From Octopus bimaculoides (Eukaryota), in the NCBI RefSeq assembly GCF_001194135.2, contig NC_068990.1, forward strand, positions 41,026,775-41,068,673: a DNA stretch of 41,899 nucleotides. The letters are read 5' to 3'. Positions 12,564 through 24,037 of this stretch are shown here, in pieces (position 1 is the first letter of the stretch; each line of letters starts with the position of its first letter). The translations under genes and the position numbers were made by a program. The notes below the pieces were generated by a model. It searched no databases. It saw only the letters and a list, made by a program, of their open reading frames with translations, and was not told the DNA's origin.

Positions 12564-13113
12564 CCTAAGTTTTAACATCAACATTATTTACCTCAGTTTT
12601 AACGCCATCTTTTATCATTATTTACCTCAGTTTTAACGCCATCTTTTATCATTATTTACCTCAGTTTTAACGCCATCTTTTATCATTATTTACCTCAGTT
12701 TTAACGCCATCTTTTATCATTATTTACCTCAGTTNNNNNNNNNNNNNNNNNNNNNNNNNNNNNNNNNNNNNNNNNNNNNNNNNNNNNNNNNNNNNNNNNN
12801 NNNNNNNNNNNNNNNNNNNNNNNNNNNNNNNNNNNNNNNNNNNNNNNNNNNNNNNNNNNNNNNNNNNNNNNNNNNNNNNNNNNNNNNNNNNNNNNNNNNN
12901 NNNNNNNNNNNNNNNNNNNNNNNNNNNNNNNNNNNNNNNNNNNNATTATTTACCTCAGTTTTAACGCCATCTTTTATCATTATTTACCTCAGTTTTAACG
13001 CCATCTTTTATCATTATTTACCTCAGTTTTAACGCCATCTTTTATCATTATTTACCTCAGTTTTAACGCCATCTTTTATCATTATTTACGTACGTTTTAA
13101 CATCATCTTTTAG
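12564..13113. repeat. 34-bp minisatellite (AACGCCATCTTTTATCATTATTTACCTCAGTTTT)n spanning a gap
   Basis: Exact 34-nt period (AACGCC at 12601, 12635, 12669, 12703). Continues after the N gap 12735-12944; edge units are degenerate. Confidence 0.95.
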
Positions 13114-13356
13114 CATTATTTACATTCGATGTATATTTGTCCTCATCTTGTTTGTTGTTGTAACGTTTCGGCTGATATACCTCCTTGGGGAAATTTCGAA
13201 CCTGGGTTCTCATTCCTAAGGTATTTTTCGATGTCATTATTATTATTATTATTGTTGTTGTTGTTGTTATTGTTAGAATCGAACTCGGAATCTAGTAGCC
13301 CGTACTCTTAACCATTACGCCATATGCCCGTGGGCAATTATGGAGTGAATTTTAGG
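13114..13356 (-). mobile_element. tRNA-headed hammerhead-family repeat, copy A (ribozyme core deleted)
   Basis: Reverse complement is colinear with 13441-13709. A-box TGGCGTAATGG, B-box GTTCGATTCT, (AAC/AAT)n, then CCCCAAG|GAGGTATATCAGCCGAAACGTT, lacking 17 nt that include CTGAYGA. Confidence 0.85.
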
Positions 13357-13440
13357 CCTCCTAAGCAGACCGAGTGCAGATATGAGCAGCATATGGAAAC
13401 CGGTATTAAGGAAGGATAGGAAAATATTAGATTTATAAGC

Positions 13441-13742
13441 CCTAAAATTCACTCCATAATTGCCTACGGGCATATGGCGTAGTTGTTACGAGCGCGGGCT
13501 ACTATCCTCAAGATTCCGAGTTCGATTCCAAGCAGTGACCTGAACAACAACAACAATAATGATAATAACAACATCGAAAAATACAGGAATGAGAACCCAG
13601 GTTCGAAATTTCCCCAAGACACCTGACGAAGGCTGGAGGGTATATCAGCCGAAACGTTGTGTTAACAACAAACAAGATGAGGACAAATATCCGTCGGATG
13701 TAAATAATGTACATAATTCCTCTTCTCTTAAATATAGAACTG
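13441..13742 (+). mobile_element. tRNA-headed hammerhead-family repeat, copy B (most complete)
   Basis: 27-nt leader, tRNA-like segment (A-box-like 13475-13485, B-box GTTCGATTCC 13520-13529), (AAC/AAT)n, hammerhead motif, ~80-nt tail shared with 34954-35092. Confidence 0.85.
13618..13663 (+). ncRNA. Minimal type I hammerhead ribozyme motif
   Basis: Stem I GACAC(13618-22)/GUGUU(13659-63); core CUGACGA-A (13623-30); stem II GGCUG/CAGCC (13631-35/13646-50); GAAA (13651-54); palindromic AACGUU stem III; predicted cleavage after GUU (13658). Folded by eye; activity untested. Confidence 0.8.
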
Positions 13743-13825
13743 CATCATCTTTTAACATTATTTACCTACGCTTTAACATCATCTTTTAATATTATGTACC
13801 TCAGTTTTAACGTCATCTTTTAACG
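13743..13825. repeat. Degenerate continuation of the 34-bp minisatellite
   Basis: CATCATCTTTTAACATTATTTACCTACGCTTTAACATCATCTTTTAATATTATGTACCTCAGTTTTAACGTCATCTTTT. Confidence 0.85.
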
Positions 13826-14133
13826 CATCATCAATAACGCCAACTATGTTAAGTGTTCAAAATGTTAAGAGTTCAGGATGTGGTGATCACAAGTTGGTTT
13901 CAGTTGTTGAAAAAGAACAAATTTTCAATCCCTAATGATTTTGCCACTTAGATAAAGAGTGTAAACGTGTCAGTTTCTTCAATTTTCATCTTCAAAAGAC
14001 ACGGGGTCTTTATGGCAACTTAAAGGAAACCATTGTTGTTGTTGTTTAAACCTAGGTCAGCATTGTTTGAGGAAACCGGTAACCGAAGACATTCAAGTTA
14101 TGACATTCTATACCTATTCTTAGGTTGATATAT

Positions 14134-14185
<52 letters not shown>
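14134..14185. repeat. (CTA)n microsatellite
   Basis: Direct reading. Confidence 0.95.
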
Positions 14186-14664
14186 ATCATTCGACGTGTC
14201 CTATAGTAAAGAATGATATTAGGGGGATAAAGTTGTCATTTCCAGGAGATCGGGTGACGTCGAATAACGTAGGGAGGTCTTTGTTGGCATTGATGTTTAT
14301 GTTTCTCTATGGAAGTGGCCGAGAAAGTAAAAAGTTGGATAAAACTTAGACATTTTTTATATTTCAAGCGTTTAAATATCAATTGATTTAATTTTCATTT
14401 CTGCGAGTTCGATAAAATCAGCTATATACATAATCTGGAGACGATTCAATGCTTCTCACACCTCTCTCCCACATTTCTCACTTCTACCAATGTGAAAATA
14501 ATCGATATGTAAAACGAAAAAATTCGAGATACAAGAATTGATCAATCTGCTATTGTCTTTTAGAAGTCCTAGTAAAATTATGAATTAAAGTGTAGTATTA
14601 CTGAAACTATTTTACGAAGCCCGAGTAACAATTTTCTAATTTTGAGACAAATCCAGTAATTTGA

Positions 14665-14795
14665 GTTGGGTGGTCTAACCCGAAAAGATGGAAAGCATAG
14701 TTGACCGCGTGTGGATTTGAACTCAGAGCATAAAGAATTAGATGAAATGTCACAAGGAATTTTGTCTGATACGCTACCATTCCTACCAGCTCTCC
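14665..14795 (-). mobile_element. Degenerate SINE family B fragment
   Basis: AACCCGAAAAGATGGAAAGCATAGTTGACC...GGATTTGAACTCAGAGCATAAAGA...CTACCAGCTCTCC is colinear with 26410-26530. Confidence 0.7.
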
Positions 14796-15109
14796 AGCGT
14801 GAGAACTCCCTCTAATTGTAACAAGCTTATTTCAATAAAGATTTCTTGTAGAGTAACCAGCATGCAGACCCACATCCCTCTTATTCCCTTCTTCACTCCA
14901 CCACCACTGCCACCATCACCATTTTTATTGAGACATACATAATGCATGCTGTTACTGTTACTGTTTTATTCCATATCCCTTCTCCAAACTAGTAATCCAA
15001 TGATCACAAGCAATCCAACTGTAACCAATCTGTCTTTCTGGATGATTATGCAGGTCTACATTGTCATGTGTTCCTTTCTTTTCTTCAAGATTTATCTTTT
15101 GTAGTTCAT

Positions 15110-15529
15110 CTTCTACTTGTTTCTGTCATTAGAATGCGGCCATACTGGGGCACTGCCTTGAAGAATTTTAGTCGAACGAATCGTCCCCCAGTACATTTTT
15201 TTCTTTGCAAAACATGGTACTTATTCTTTCAGTCTCTTTTGCCAAACCACTAAGTCTTATGGACGTAAACACAACAACACTGGTTGCGAAGCAACAGGCA
15301 CAAGAGCACACACTCATACGCACGCACGCCCGCCCGACCGCGCGCGCGCACACACAAACCCGTCGCGCGCGCGCGCCGGGTTTGTTTCAGCTTCCGTCTA
15401 CCAAATCCACACACAAGACTTTGGTCGTCCCGAGGCTACAGTAGAAGACATTTGCCTACGGTGCCGCGCAGTGGGACTGAATCCAGACCCATCTGGTTAA
15501 AAAGCAAGCTGCTTACCACACAGCCACAC
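15110..15529 (-). mobile_element. Composite SINE family C with internal microsatellite, near full length
   Basis: Reverse complement is colinear with both halves of 38436-39129. Internal repeat here is CG/CA-rich. Confidence 0.85.
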
Positions 15530-17179
15530 AAACTTTTTAAGCCTATCCAAATCTTGTAATACTTAACATTTTCCATCCTCTCTCGCCTTTAATTTTCTCT
15601 CCTATTATCAGTCTCTGTAAACCTTCTTTTAATATGGAAAATAAGTTAGTTTTCTATCATTGATGGTGCCTAAATTTTTAGTTTTTCTAGTTCTTTTGTT
15701 TTCCAATCTTATGTACTTCCTTATTGCTTTTGTGTTCTGTCTGTAAAATCCTCAGATTCCTCTAATGAGCCTAGGTCTCAAAACTTGTAATCAATTTGGT
15801 AATACTTTTGATAATGCCCGTGTTTCAGTTTCAAATATTAAAAAAAGGCCATACGTAACATTTTAATAATCTTTAATGGCTTTGATATTGACGTTTTTTT
15901 TATCGTAACGTTTGCTATTTTTTCGAATGTTTGTACATATACATACATACATACATCCATACATCCATACATTCATACAAAGATGCATATATACATAATA
16001 TATGCATACTTACATATGCACATATAATACACTGCTGCTATACTGAATATGATGCAGATACATACATGCATATGTATCAATATGTGTCTGCCTGTATGTA
16101 TGTATGTATATATGCATGTATGTATGTATGTTTATTTCTGTGTTTATATATTACTTGTTTATATATTTTTGTTTATTGAAATAATTTTGTTCTTATATAT
16201 ACTAAATATTTCCATATACATTAACACATATTCATACACGCGCTCGCACACAACACAAACACAATTATTCATGCACACACATATACTCTCACAGACAAAA
16301 TACAAACGTACGTACATATACATGCCCCACATATCGATATATTTATTCAAAAGTTCTCTAATTTTAAACAAATTCTTTAACTACTCACGCAATGTTATAG
16401 ATTATAATTGCAAAGGAGTGGAATCCATTGTAGCAGTGATAAACTAGAGAATAAAAGAAGAACTAATGGTGATGGGGAAACTGATATGTAAATGATAATC
16501 ACTTTCACATGCAGGTATCTAACTACGCATAGGAATACCTGCATGTACATGTATACAGCATAAAGGTATTTCATACAAGTAAGGTCGACGTATATATTGA
16601 AATACGTAAACAGGGAGAAACTTCTAGGGGATTGTAATATTAGAGAAGAATAACTGGAGTTTAGATATTATGAAAACAAAATAAGAGAAAGGTCATTGGA
16701 CAGATTTCGGCAATAGGGCAGACTGTTTACTGGTTCACAGACACAAGAGTCATGCAGTTGCTGTTGTTGTTGTTGCTCTTGAAACCAGGTTATCCCTGGT
16801 GTGTTTTGAACAGTGATCGAGAACATTAGATACATGTCTATCCCATTCCTTTTAATAATAAATACAAGACTACATGCAAGATCTAATGCGTCGTTTCTTT
16901 TTCTCAATCCTATCTTCATCAACACGGAGGAGCTTTAATTGAAATGAGTCAAGTTGTTATATTCATGAAAATATATGAATCTAACTCTTCAACCTAAAGA
17001 AGCACTCTTCATTATCCACTGCTTACAACCTCTGCAGCAGAAACAGTTATGACAGAACTCTGAGTAAATTACTTTGCTGTAACGCAATACATCAATGTAA
17101 CATGGTACTACGTACGCTGTATTCGTCTCGTATTAATTATACTGCGCCAGTAAAAGTTAAATTTGTGGACTATTGGTAC

Positions 17180-17330
17180 AGGTGCGGCTGTGTTGTTAGG
17201 AAGAAGATCGCTTGAAAACTACCTGTCTTCGTATTCAGTTCCACTGCACTACACCTTGATCAAGTGTCTTCTGATATAGCTCTGAGCCGAAAATTGCCTT
17301 GCGAATAAATTTGTGGAAGTTTGTCGTAAC
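17180..17330 (+). mobile_element. Degenerate SINE family C, 5' half
   Basis: GGTGCGGCTGTGTTGTTAGGAAG...CAGTTCCACTGCACTACACCTTGATCAAGTGTCTTCTGATATAGC, followed by (TATG)n. Confidence 0.7.
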
Positions 17331-17336
17331 ATATAC

Positions 17337-17367
<31 letters not shown>

Positions 17368-17490
17368 TGTATGTATGTATGTATGAATGTGTGTATGTAT
17401 GTATATTTATACATATATATACATGAATACACATACATACATATACATACATACACACGCATACATACACACATTTATATATATATATTT

Positions 17491-17527
<37 letters not shown>

Positions 17528-18047
17528 CATGTGCGGCTCAGACGATGATACTAGTTTTCCGTTGATAAATCACGTATGTAGGACTTCCTTAAGAACATTA
17601 TAACCCCACCCACACCTTGAACAAAGCACTACACTGGGAGTCAACACATAAACAATCATAACATTTCCCCACCTCACCGACATGTAGCAAGCCAAGAGAG
17701 CTAATCAGTGTGTTCATACCTTAAGACGGCTCTGCAAGTATGAATAATAAAATATTTTTCCCAACTACCAAATGTCCTGAGGAAGGGGTTTTCACCCCGA
17801 AATATAGAAATATAAGGGAAAACTGAAATTCGTTTTGTCTTCTTTTCCTTTTGAAGTTTACTCCACCCACTCGCATTGTTCCGACCTTACACAACAACCT
17901 TATTTAAAACTATGATGTTAATCTTACAAATATTATATTACGCTGGGCTGAATACAACTATGTTTAATGTGTATGTTCTGCGTTCAAGTCCCGATGCAAC
18001 GTGTTTTATCTTAATCATAACAGGAGACATGAAATAAATACCTGTTA

Positions 18048-18084
<37 letters not shown>

Positions 18085-18976
18085 NNNNNNNNNNNNNNNN
18101 NNNNNNNNNNNNNNNNNNNNNNNNNNNNNNNNNNNNNNNNNNNNNNNNNNNNNNNNNNNNNNNNNNNNNNNNNNNNNNNNNNNNNNNNNNNNNNNNNNNN
18201 NNNNNNNNNNNNNNNNNNNNNNNNNNNNNNNNNNNNNNNNNNNNNNNNNNNNNNNNNNNNNNNNNNNNNNNNNNNNNNNNNNNNNNNNNNNNNNNNNNNN
18301 NNNNNNNNNNNNNNNNNNNNNNNNNNNNNNNNNNNNNNNNNNNNNNNNNNNNNNNNNNNNNNNNNNNNNNNNNNNNNNNNNNNNNNNNNNNNNNNNNNNN
18401 NNNNNNNNNNNNNNNNNNNNNNNNNNNNNNNNNNNNNNNNNNNNNNNNNNNNNNNNNNNNNNNNNNNNNNNNNNNNNNNNNNNNNNNNNNNNNNNNNNNN
18501 NNNNNNNNNNNNNNNNNNNNNNNNNNNNNNNNNNNNNNNNNNNNNNNNNNNNNNNNNNNNNNNNNNNNNNNNNNNNNNNNNNNNNNNNNNNNNNNNNNNN
18601 NNNNNNNNNNNNNNNNNNNNNNNNNNNNNNNNNNNNNNNNNNNNNNNNNNNNNNNNNNNNNNNNNNNNNNNNNNNNNNNNNNNNNNNNNNNNNNNNNNNN
18701 NNNNNNNNNNNNNNNNNNNNNNNNNNNNNNNNNNNNNNNNNNNNNNNNNNNNNNNNNNNNNNNNNNNNNNNNNNNNNNNNNNNNNNNNNNNNNNNNNNNN
18801 NNNNNNNNNNNNNNNNNNNNNNNNNNNNNNNNNNNNNNNNNNNNNNNNNNNNNNNNNNNNNNNNNNNNNNNNNNNNNNNNNNNNNNNNNNNNNNNNNNNN
18901 NNNNNNNNNNNNNNNNNNNNNNNNNNNNNNNNNNNNNNNNNNNNNNNNNNNNNNNNNNNNNNNNNNNNNNNNNNNN

Positions 18977-19044
<68 letters not shown>

Positions 19045-20227
19045 TCACTTTCCATGCATGTGTGTGTGTATGTATTACGAGTTATTGATAATAAAGTTAT
19101 AATGATGAAGTGTCTCAACTATAATTGTCGATCTGGCAAGTGGTGTGTAATCAGCTGGTATCATGCATATGCACTGTCTAAGCTAGTAATTGAGGGGATG
19201 ATTCATGTGTTCGAATCCTGTTAGAGTTGTTTCAATATTTTAGTGAGACAGCTTACAGCCGTAAAAACCACCTCTGTTTCCTGTTAATACATGGCACAAT
19301 AATCGCGGCATCAACCAACACACAAGGGATATAATTCGAGAGATTGATTTCGTATTTTCATTTCCATAATTGAATTAATATTACTCTCCATTAATTCTCC
19401 CAATACCAGCACCACCAGCACCACCAGCACCACGACGACGACGACGACGACCACCACCACCACCACCATACCACCTGACCCTGCAGCACCATCACCAGAA
19501 CCACCGCCATCACGAAATCCACCACACTTACCATCGGCCGCAATAACATCAGCTGTGAGTATATATANNNNNNNNNNNNNNNNNNNNNNNNNNNNNNNNN
19601 NNNNNNNNNNNNNNNNNNNNNNNNNNNNNNNNNNNNNNNNNNNNNNNNNNNNNNNNNNNNNNNNNNNNNNNNNNNNNNNNNNNNNNNNNNNNNNNNNNNN
19701 NNNNNNNNNNNNNNNNNNNNNNNNNNNNNNNNNNNNNNNNNNNNNNNNNNNNNNNNNNNNNNNNNNNNNNNNNNNNNNNNNNNNNNNNNNNNNNNNNNNN
19801 NNNNNNNNNNNNNNNNNNNNNNNNNNNNNNNNNNNNNNNNNNNNNNNNNNNNNNNNNNNNNNNNNNNNNNNNNNNNNNNNNNNNNNNNNNNNNNNNNNNN
19901 NNNNNNNNNNNNNNNNNNNNNNNNNNNNNNNNNNNNNNNNNNNNNNNNNNNNNNNNNNNNNNNNNNNNNNNNNNNNNNNNNNNNNNNNNNNNNNNNNNNN
20001 NNNNNNNNNNNNNNNNNNNNNNNNNNNNNNNNNNNNNNNNNNNNNNNNNNNNNNNNNNNNNNNNNNNNNNNNNNNNNNNNNNNNNNNNNNNNNNNNNNNN
20101 NNNNNNNNNNNNNNNNNNNNNNNNNNNNNNNNNNNNNNNNNNNNNNNNNNNNNNNNNNNNNNNNNNNNNNNNNNNNNNNNTATATATACATACATGCACG
20201 TTTTTATACGTATATATACATATATAT

Positions 20228-20269
<42 letters not shown>

Positions 20270-21541
20270 TATATATATGTGTGTGTGGGTGTGTGTGTTT
20301 GTATATATATGTGTGTGTGTGTGGTGGGAGGGCTGGTAGTGGTGACTTTACTACTGGTGCTTATGAAAGAGACTGTGAGGAGCGTGCAACTGTGTGTATG
20401 TATGCATGTATGTATGTCTGTACCTAGAAGCGTCTGTAAGTGTGGCGTGTGTAGGTTGGCGAGTGTTGAAGGGGAGGGGAATCAAATCTCAACTGCGTAA
20501 TGAAAAACAAACAGTTTCATTAAAACGCAGACTGGTAACAGAACGAAGAGAGGAAGATCTTCTCGTGCCGTCACATTAAGCAAGCATGTTTGTGCATGTG
20601 CAAATATACATACATGTTTGTATAGAGCGTAAACATGCAGCCATATAGAAGAACATGTAAAAAATAGTCTCAAAATAATTTTAAATACTACCCATTACAC
20701 CCACCGCACACATGTGTATCTGTGTGTGTATGTATGTCTGTACATGTATGTATGTATGTATGTATGTATGTATGTATGCATCCCTGTATGTATGTGTATT
20801 CAAAAAGAATACAAATATGAACAAGGGAATACGCCATTAAGATGCCTATATATATATATATATATANNNNNNNNNNGTGTGTGTGTGTGTGTGTGTGTGT
20901 ATTTTATTTTCGTGTACATATACGAAAATAAAAGCAACCATGTACAACCATGTACACGTACACATATGTATGCACACACATATTTACGTGTGCGTATATG
21001 TGTATATATATATATATATGTGTGTGTTTGTTTGTGTACGTGCATGTGTCTGGATGTGTGACACACGTATACAGACATCCATATTTAATACGTATAAATG
21101 TATATGTATATCAAGATTCACTGAGCACATCAGTAACATTTATTGGTGCATACGTATACGCATAGGCGCGCACGCGCAAACGTACAAACAAGAAAACGTA
21201 AATATATAAATGAGGAAATATGCTTAGAAGTTAAGATCAACAAGACAACCGTAACAACATCATCATCAACCTCATCATTATCATTCCTGTCACCCACAGC
21301 ATCACCACTAGCATCATCATCAACAACATTAGCTTTTTTTTTATCATCGTTATCATCATGGATCTCATTGTGACCACCACCAAGACTATTATGATCGACC
21401 ACAGCAAGGACAGGGGTAATGATATGAATAATAGGGATAGCAGAATGGGGGTCGGGGTAAAGGATGGAAACTGCATTTAGGGTGCTGTTTTCTCTATTTG
21501 AATGTGTATGTGCTTGTGTGCACATGCATATATATACATAC

Positions 21542-21589
<48 letters not shown>

Positions 21590-21600
21590 GTATATATATG

Positions 21601-21631
<31 letters not shown>

Positions 21632-21679
21632 GTATATATATGTATACACACACACACACACACACACATACACACACAT

Positions 21680-21736
<57 letters not shown>

Positions 21737-22171
21737 AGTGTGGATGTATAAATATATGCATATATATGTATTTGTATATGCATGCATATATATATATTCA
21801 TTTATATATGCATATGTGTGTGTTTGTGACATATATATTTGTGAATATTTGCGTCTGTATATAGGTGTTTACGTATTGCATACATGTATGTGTTTATAAT
21901 CTGATTATGTGTTTCCCCCTGCATGTTGGTGCTTATGACTGTGCGTGCACGCGTGCGTGTGCGCGTGTGCGTGTGTGTGTGTATGTGTGTATGCGCGCGC
22001 CTGTGCATGCTGATCTGTTTGCATTGCCACTCGTTTTTGCAGACACGTGATAAACAGTTGTTTACTTTAGAGAGAAAGAAAGGAAGGAAGGAAGGACAAG
22101 GGAAAACTTCAACACAGAAAGAGAAATTAGGAAGGGGACTAGGACGAAAGGAGAAAAAAGAAGAAACGTAA

Positions 22172-22236
<65 letters not shown>

Positions 22237-22320
22237 ATAGAAAAAGAAGTGGTAGAAAAAGAAGAAGAAGAAGAAGAAGAAGAAGAAGAAGAAGAAGAAG
22301 AAGAACAACAACAACAACAA
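22172..22320. repeat. Compound (TAG)n-(GAA)n-(CAA)n trinucleotide repeat
   Basis: Direct reading. Confidence 0.95.
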
Positions 22321-22896
22321 AAAGAAGATGTGAAGTAGATGATGATTTGATGTTAGAGGTACACAGTTGATTAGTGTTTGTTTCTTCTTAATGAATTAAC
22401 GTCTTTAATTAGCCAACACTACTTCCCTAACTCTATCACACACACCTCCCTCCCTCTCACTTTCCTATTCTCTATTTTTCTGTCTGTCTCTGTATCTGTC
22501 TCTGTCTGTCTGTCTCTCTCTCTGTTCCTCACCGAGCCCCTCTCTGATTCTTCCTGTATAATTAGTTCTTTTATCATCTATCACCCCTCATCACACCACT
22601 GTCTATCTCACACTCACTCTTCTGTTCCTATGCTCAACGTCTTGTCTCTCATTTCTGTCTGTCCCCGATTGGTTTTCTCATTCCTCACCTTGTTTTTACT
22701 TCTCTCCTGCTTTTCCATCTCGCTCTCTTTCATTCACTCATCTCTCCTTTTCTCCTATCATTTTCTGTCTCGGGGTTTTCTCTTTCTTTCCAGTGGTTCT
22801 CTCATCCATTTCCTCACCTTTATTCCTCTTTCACTCTTTTCATTCTTTCACCCTTTCCTAGTAGAAGCTTCACGTAAACACATGCACACACGTGCA

Positions 22897-23197
22897 CATA
22901 CACACACACACATACATATACATACATACAAATACATAAACAGACGCATGCTACCATTCTGTCTATCTCTCTTCCTTTCTAATATCTCACTAACCCTCCT
23001 CTCTAATTTCTATATCATCCTCCTGAACTATGTCTTAAATCTCTCTCTCTCTCTCTCTCTCTTTGTCTTTTTCTAACTCACTCTAATTCCTTCTTCGTCA
23101 TACACACACACACATACATATACATACATACAAATACATAAACAGACGCATGCTACCATTCTGTCTATCTCTCTTCCTTTCTAATATCTCACTAACC
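22897..23197 (+). repeat. ~99-bp identical direct duplication (22897-22995 and 23099-23197) abutting a 10-N gap; possible assembly artefact
   Basis: Identical ...CAAATACATAAACAGACGCATGCTACCATTCTGTCTATCTCTCTTCCTTTCTAATATCTCACTAACC twice; the second copy ends at the gap. Confidence 0.8.
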
Positions 23198-23599
23198 NNN
23201 NNNNNNNTTTACTAATACTGATTGTACTTACCATGATTCAAAAATTTGTATTTGAAGATGTATTTCCCAGTGAAAATTCCATTATTTTCTTTGTATTTTC
23301 TTAAAAGTGCAATGCCTGTGTTATCGTGTTTATATGTTTTTCATCCTCTTCTCTTTATTTCTCATATTCTCTGTCCTTGCTTTTTAAAAAGAACTCTACT
23401 CTCCCGCTCTTTCTGCAGCCATATTTATTTCCCCTGTCACGCTTTTTCTCATCCTTTTTCTCTCCTTCTCCCTCTATTTTCTCCTCTCTCTCTCTCTCTC
23501 TCTCCCCCCCATTCATTCTCGTCCCTATTGCCGTTCTTTCGCCCTTATAATTCCTTCCTTTCTCTTGCCAGACCTTCCATATTCTTCCGTACTTCCTAA

Positions 23600-23817
<218 letters not shown>

Positions 23818-23825
23818 TGATTCGA

Positions 23826-23965
23826 TCTGAGTTCAAATACCCACGAAGTCAATTTTGCTTTTCATCAACTTGGGGTTGATAGAATAAAGTACCTGTTAAG
23901 CACTGGCTCAATGTAATCGACCGGTTCCCTAACCTTAAAATTACTGGCTTTGTGCCTATTGTAGA

Positions 23966-24036
<71 letters not shown>
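23826..24036 (+). mobile_element. 5'-truncated SINE family B with expanded (ATT)n tail
   Basis: TCTGAGTTCAAATACCCACGAAGTCAATTTTGCTTTTCATCAACTTGGGGTTGATAGAATAAAGTACCTG...GTGCCTATTGTAGAAAG, then (TAT)n. Confidence 0.8.

Positions 24037-24037
<1 letters not shown>

Noticed and set aside
12564-13113. 34-bp array as a CRISPR array
   Set aside because: Units are head-to-tail with no unique spacers, there are no cas genes, and the context is eukaryotic.
16507-16546. 12-bp perfect hairpin ACATGCAGGTAT/ATACCTGCATGT with 16-nt loop
   Set aside because: Single short instance, no TSD or second copy; too little to call a MITE or structured RNA.
22897-23197. 99-bp perfect duplication as a biological tandem duplication
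   Set aside because: It is 100% identical and ends exactly at a 10-N gap, typical of an unmerged contig overlap. Listed as a feature, not as a finding.
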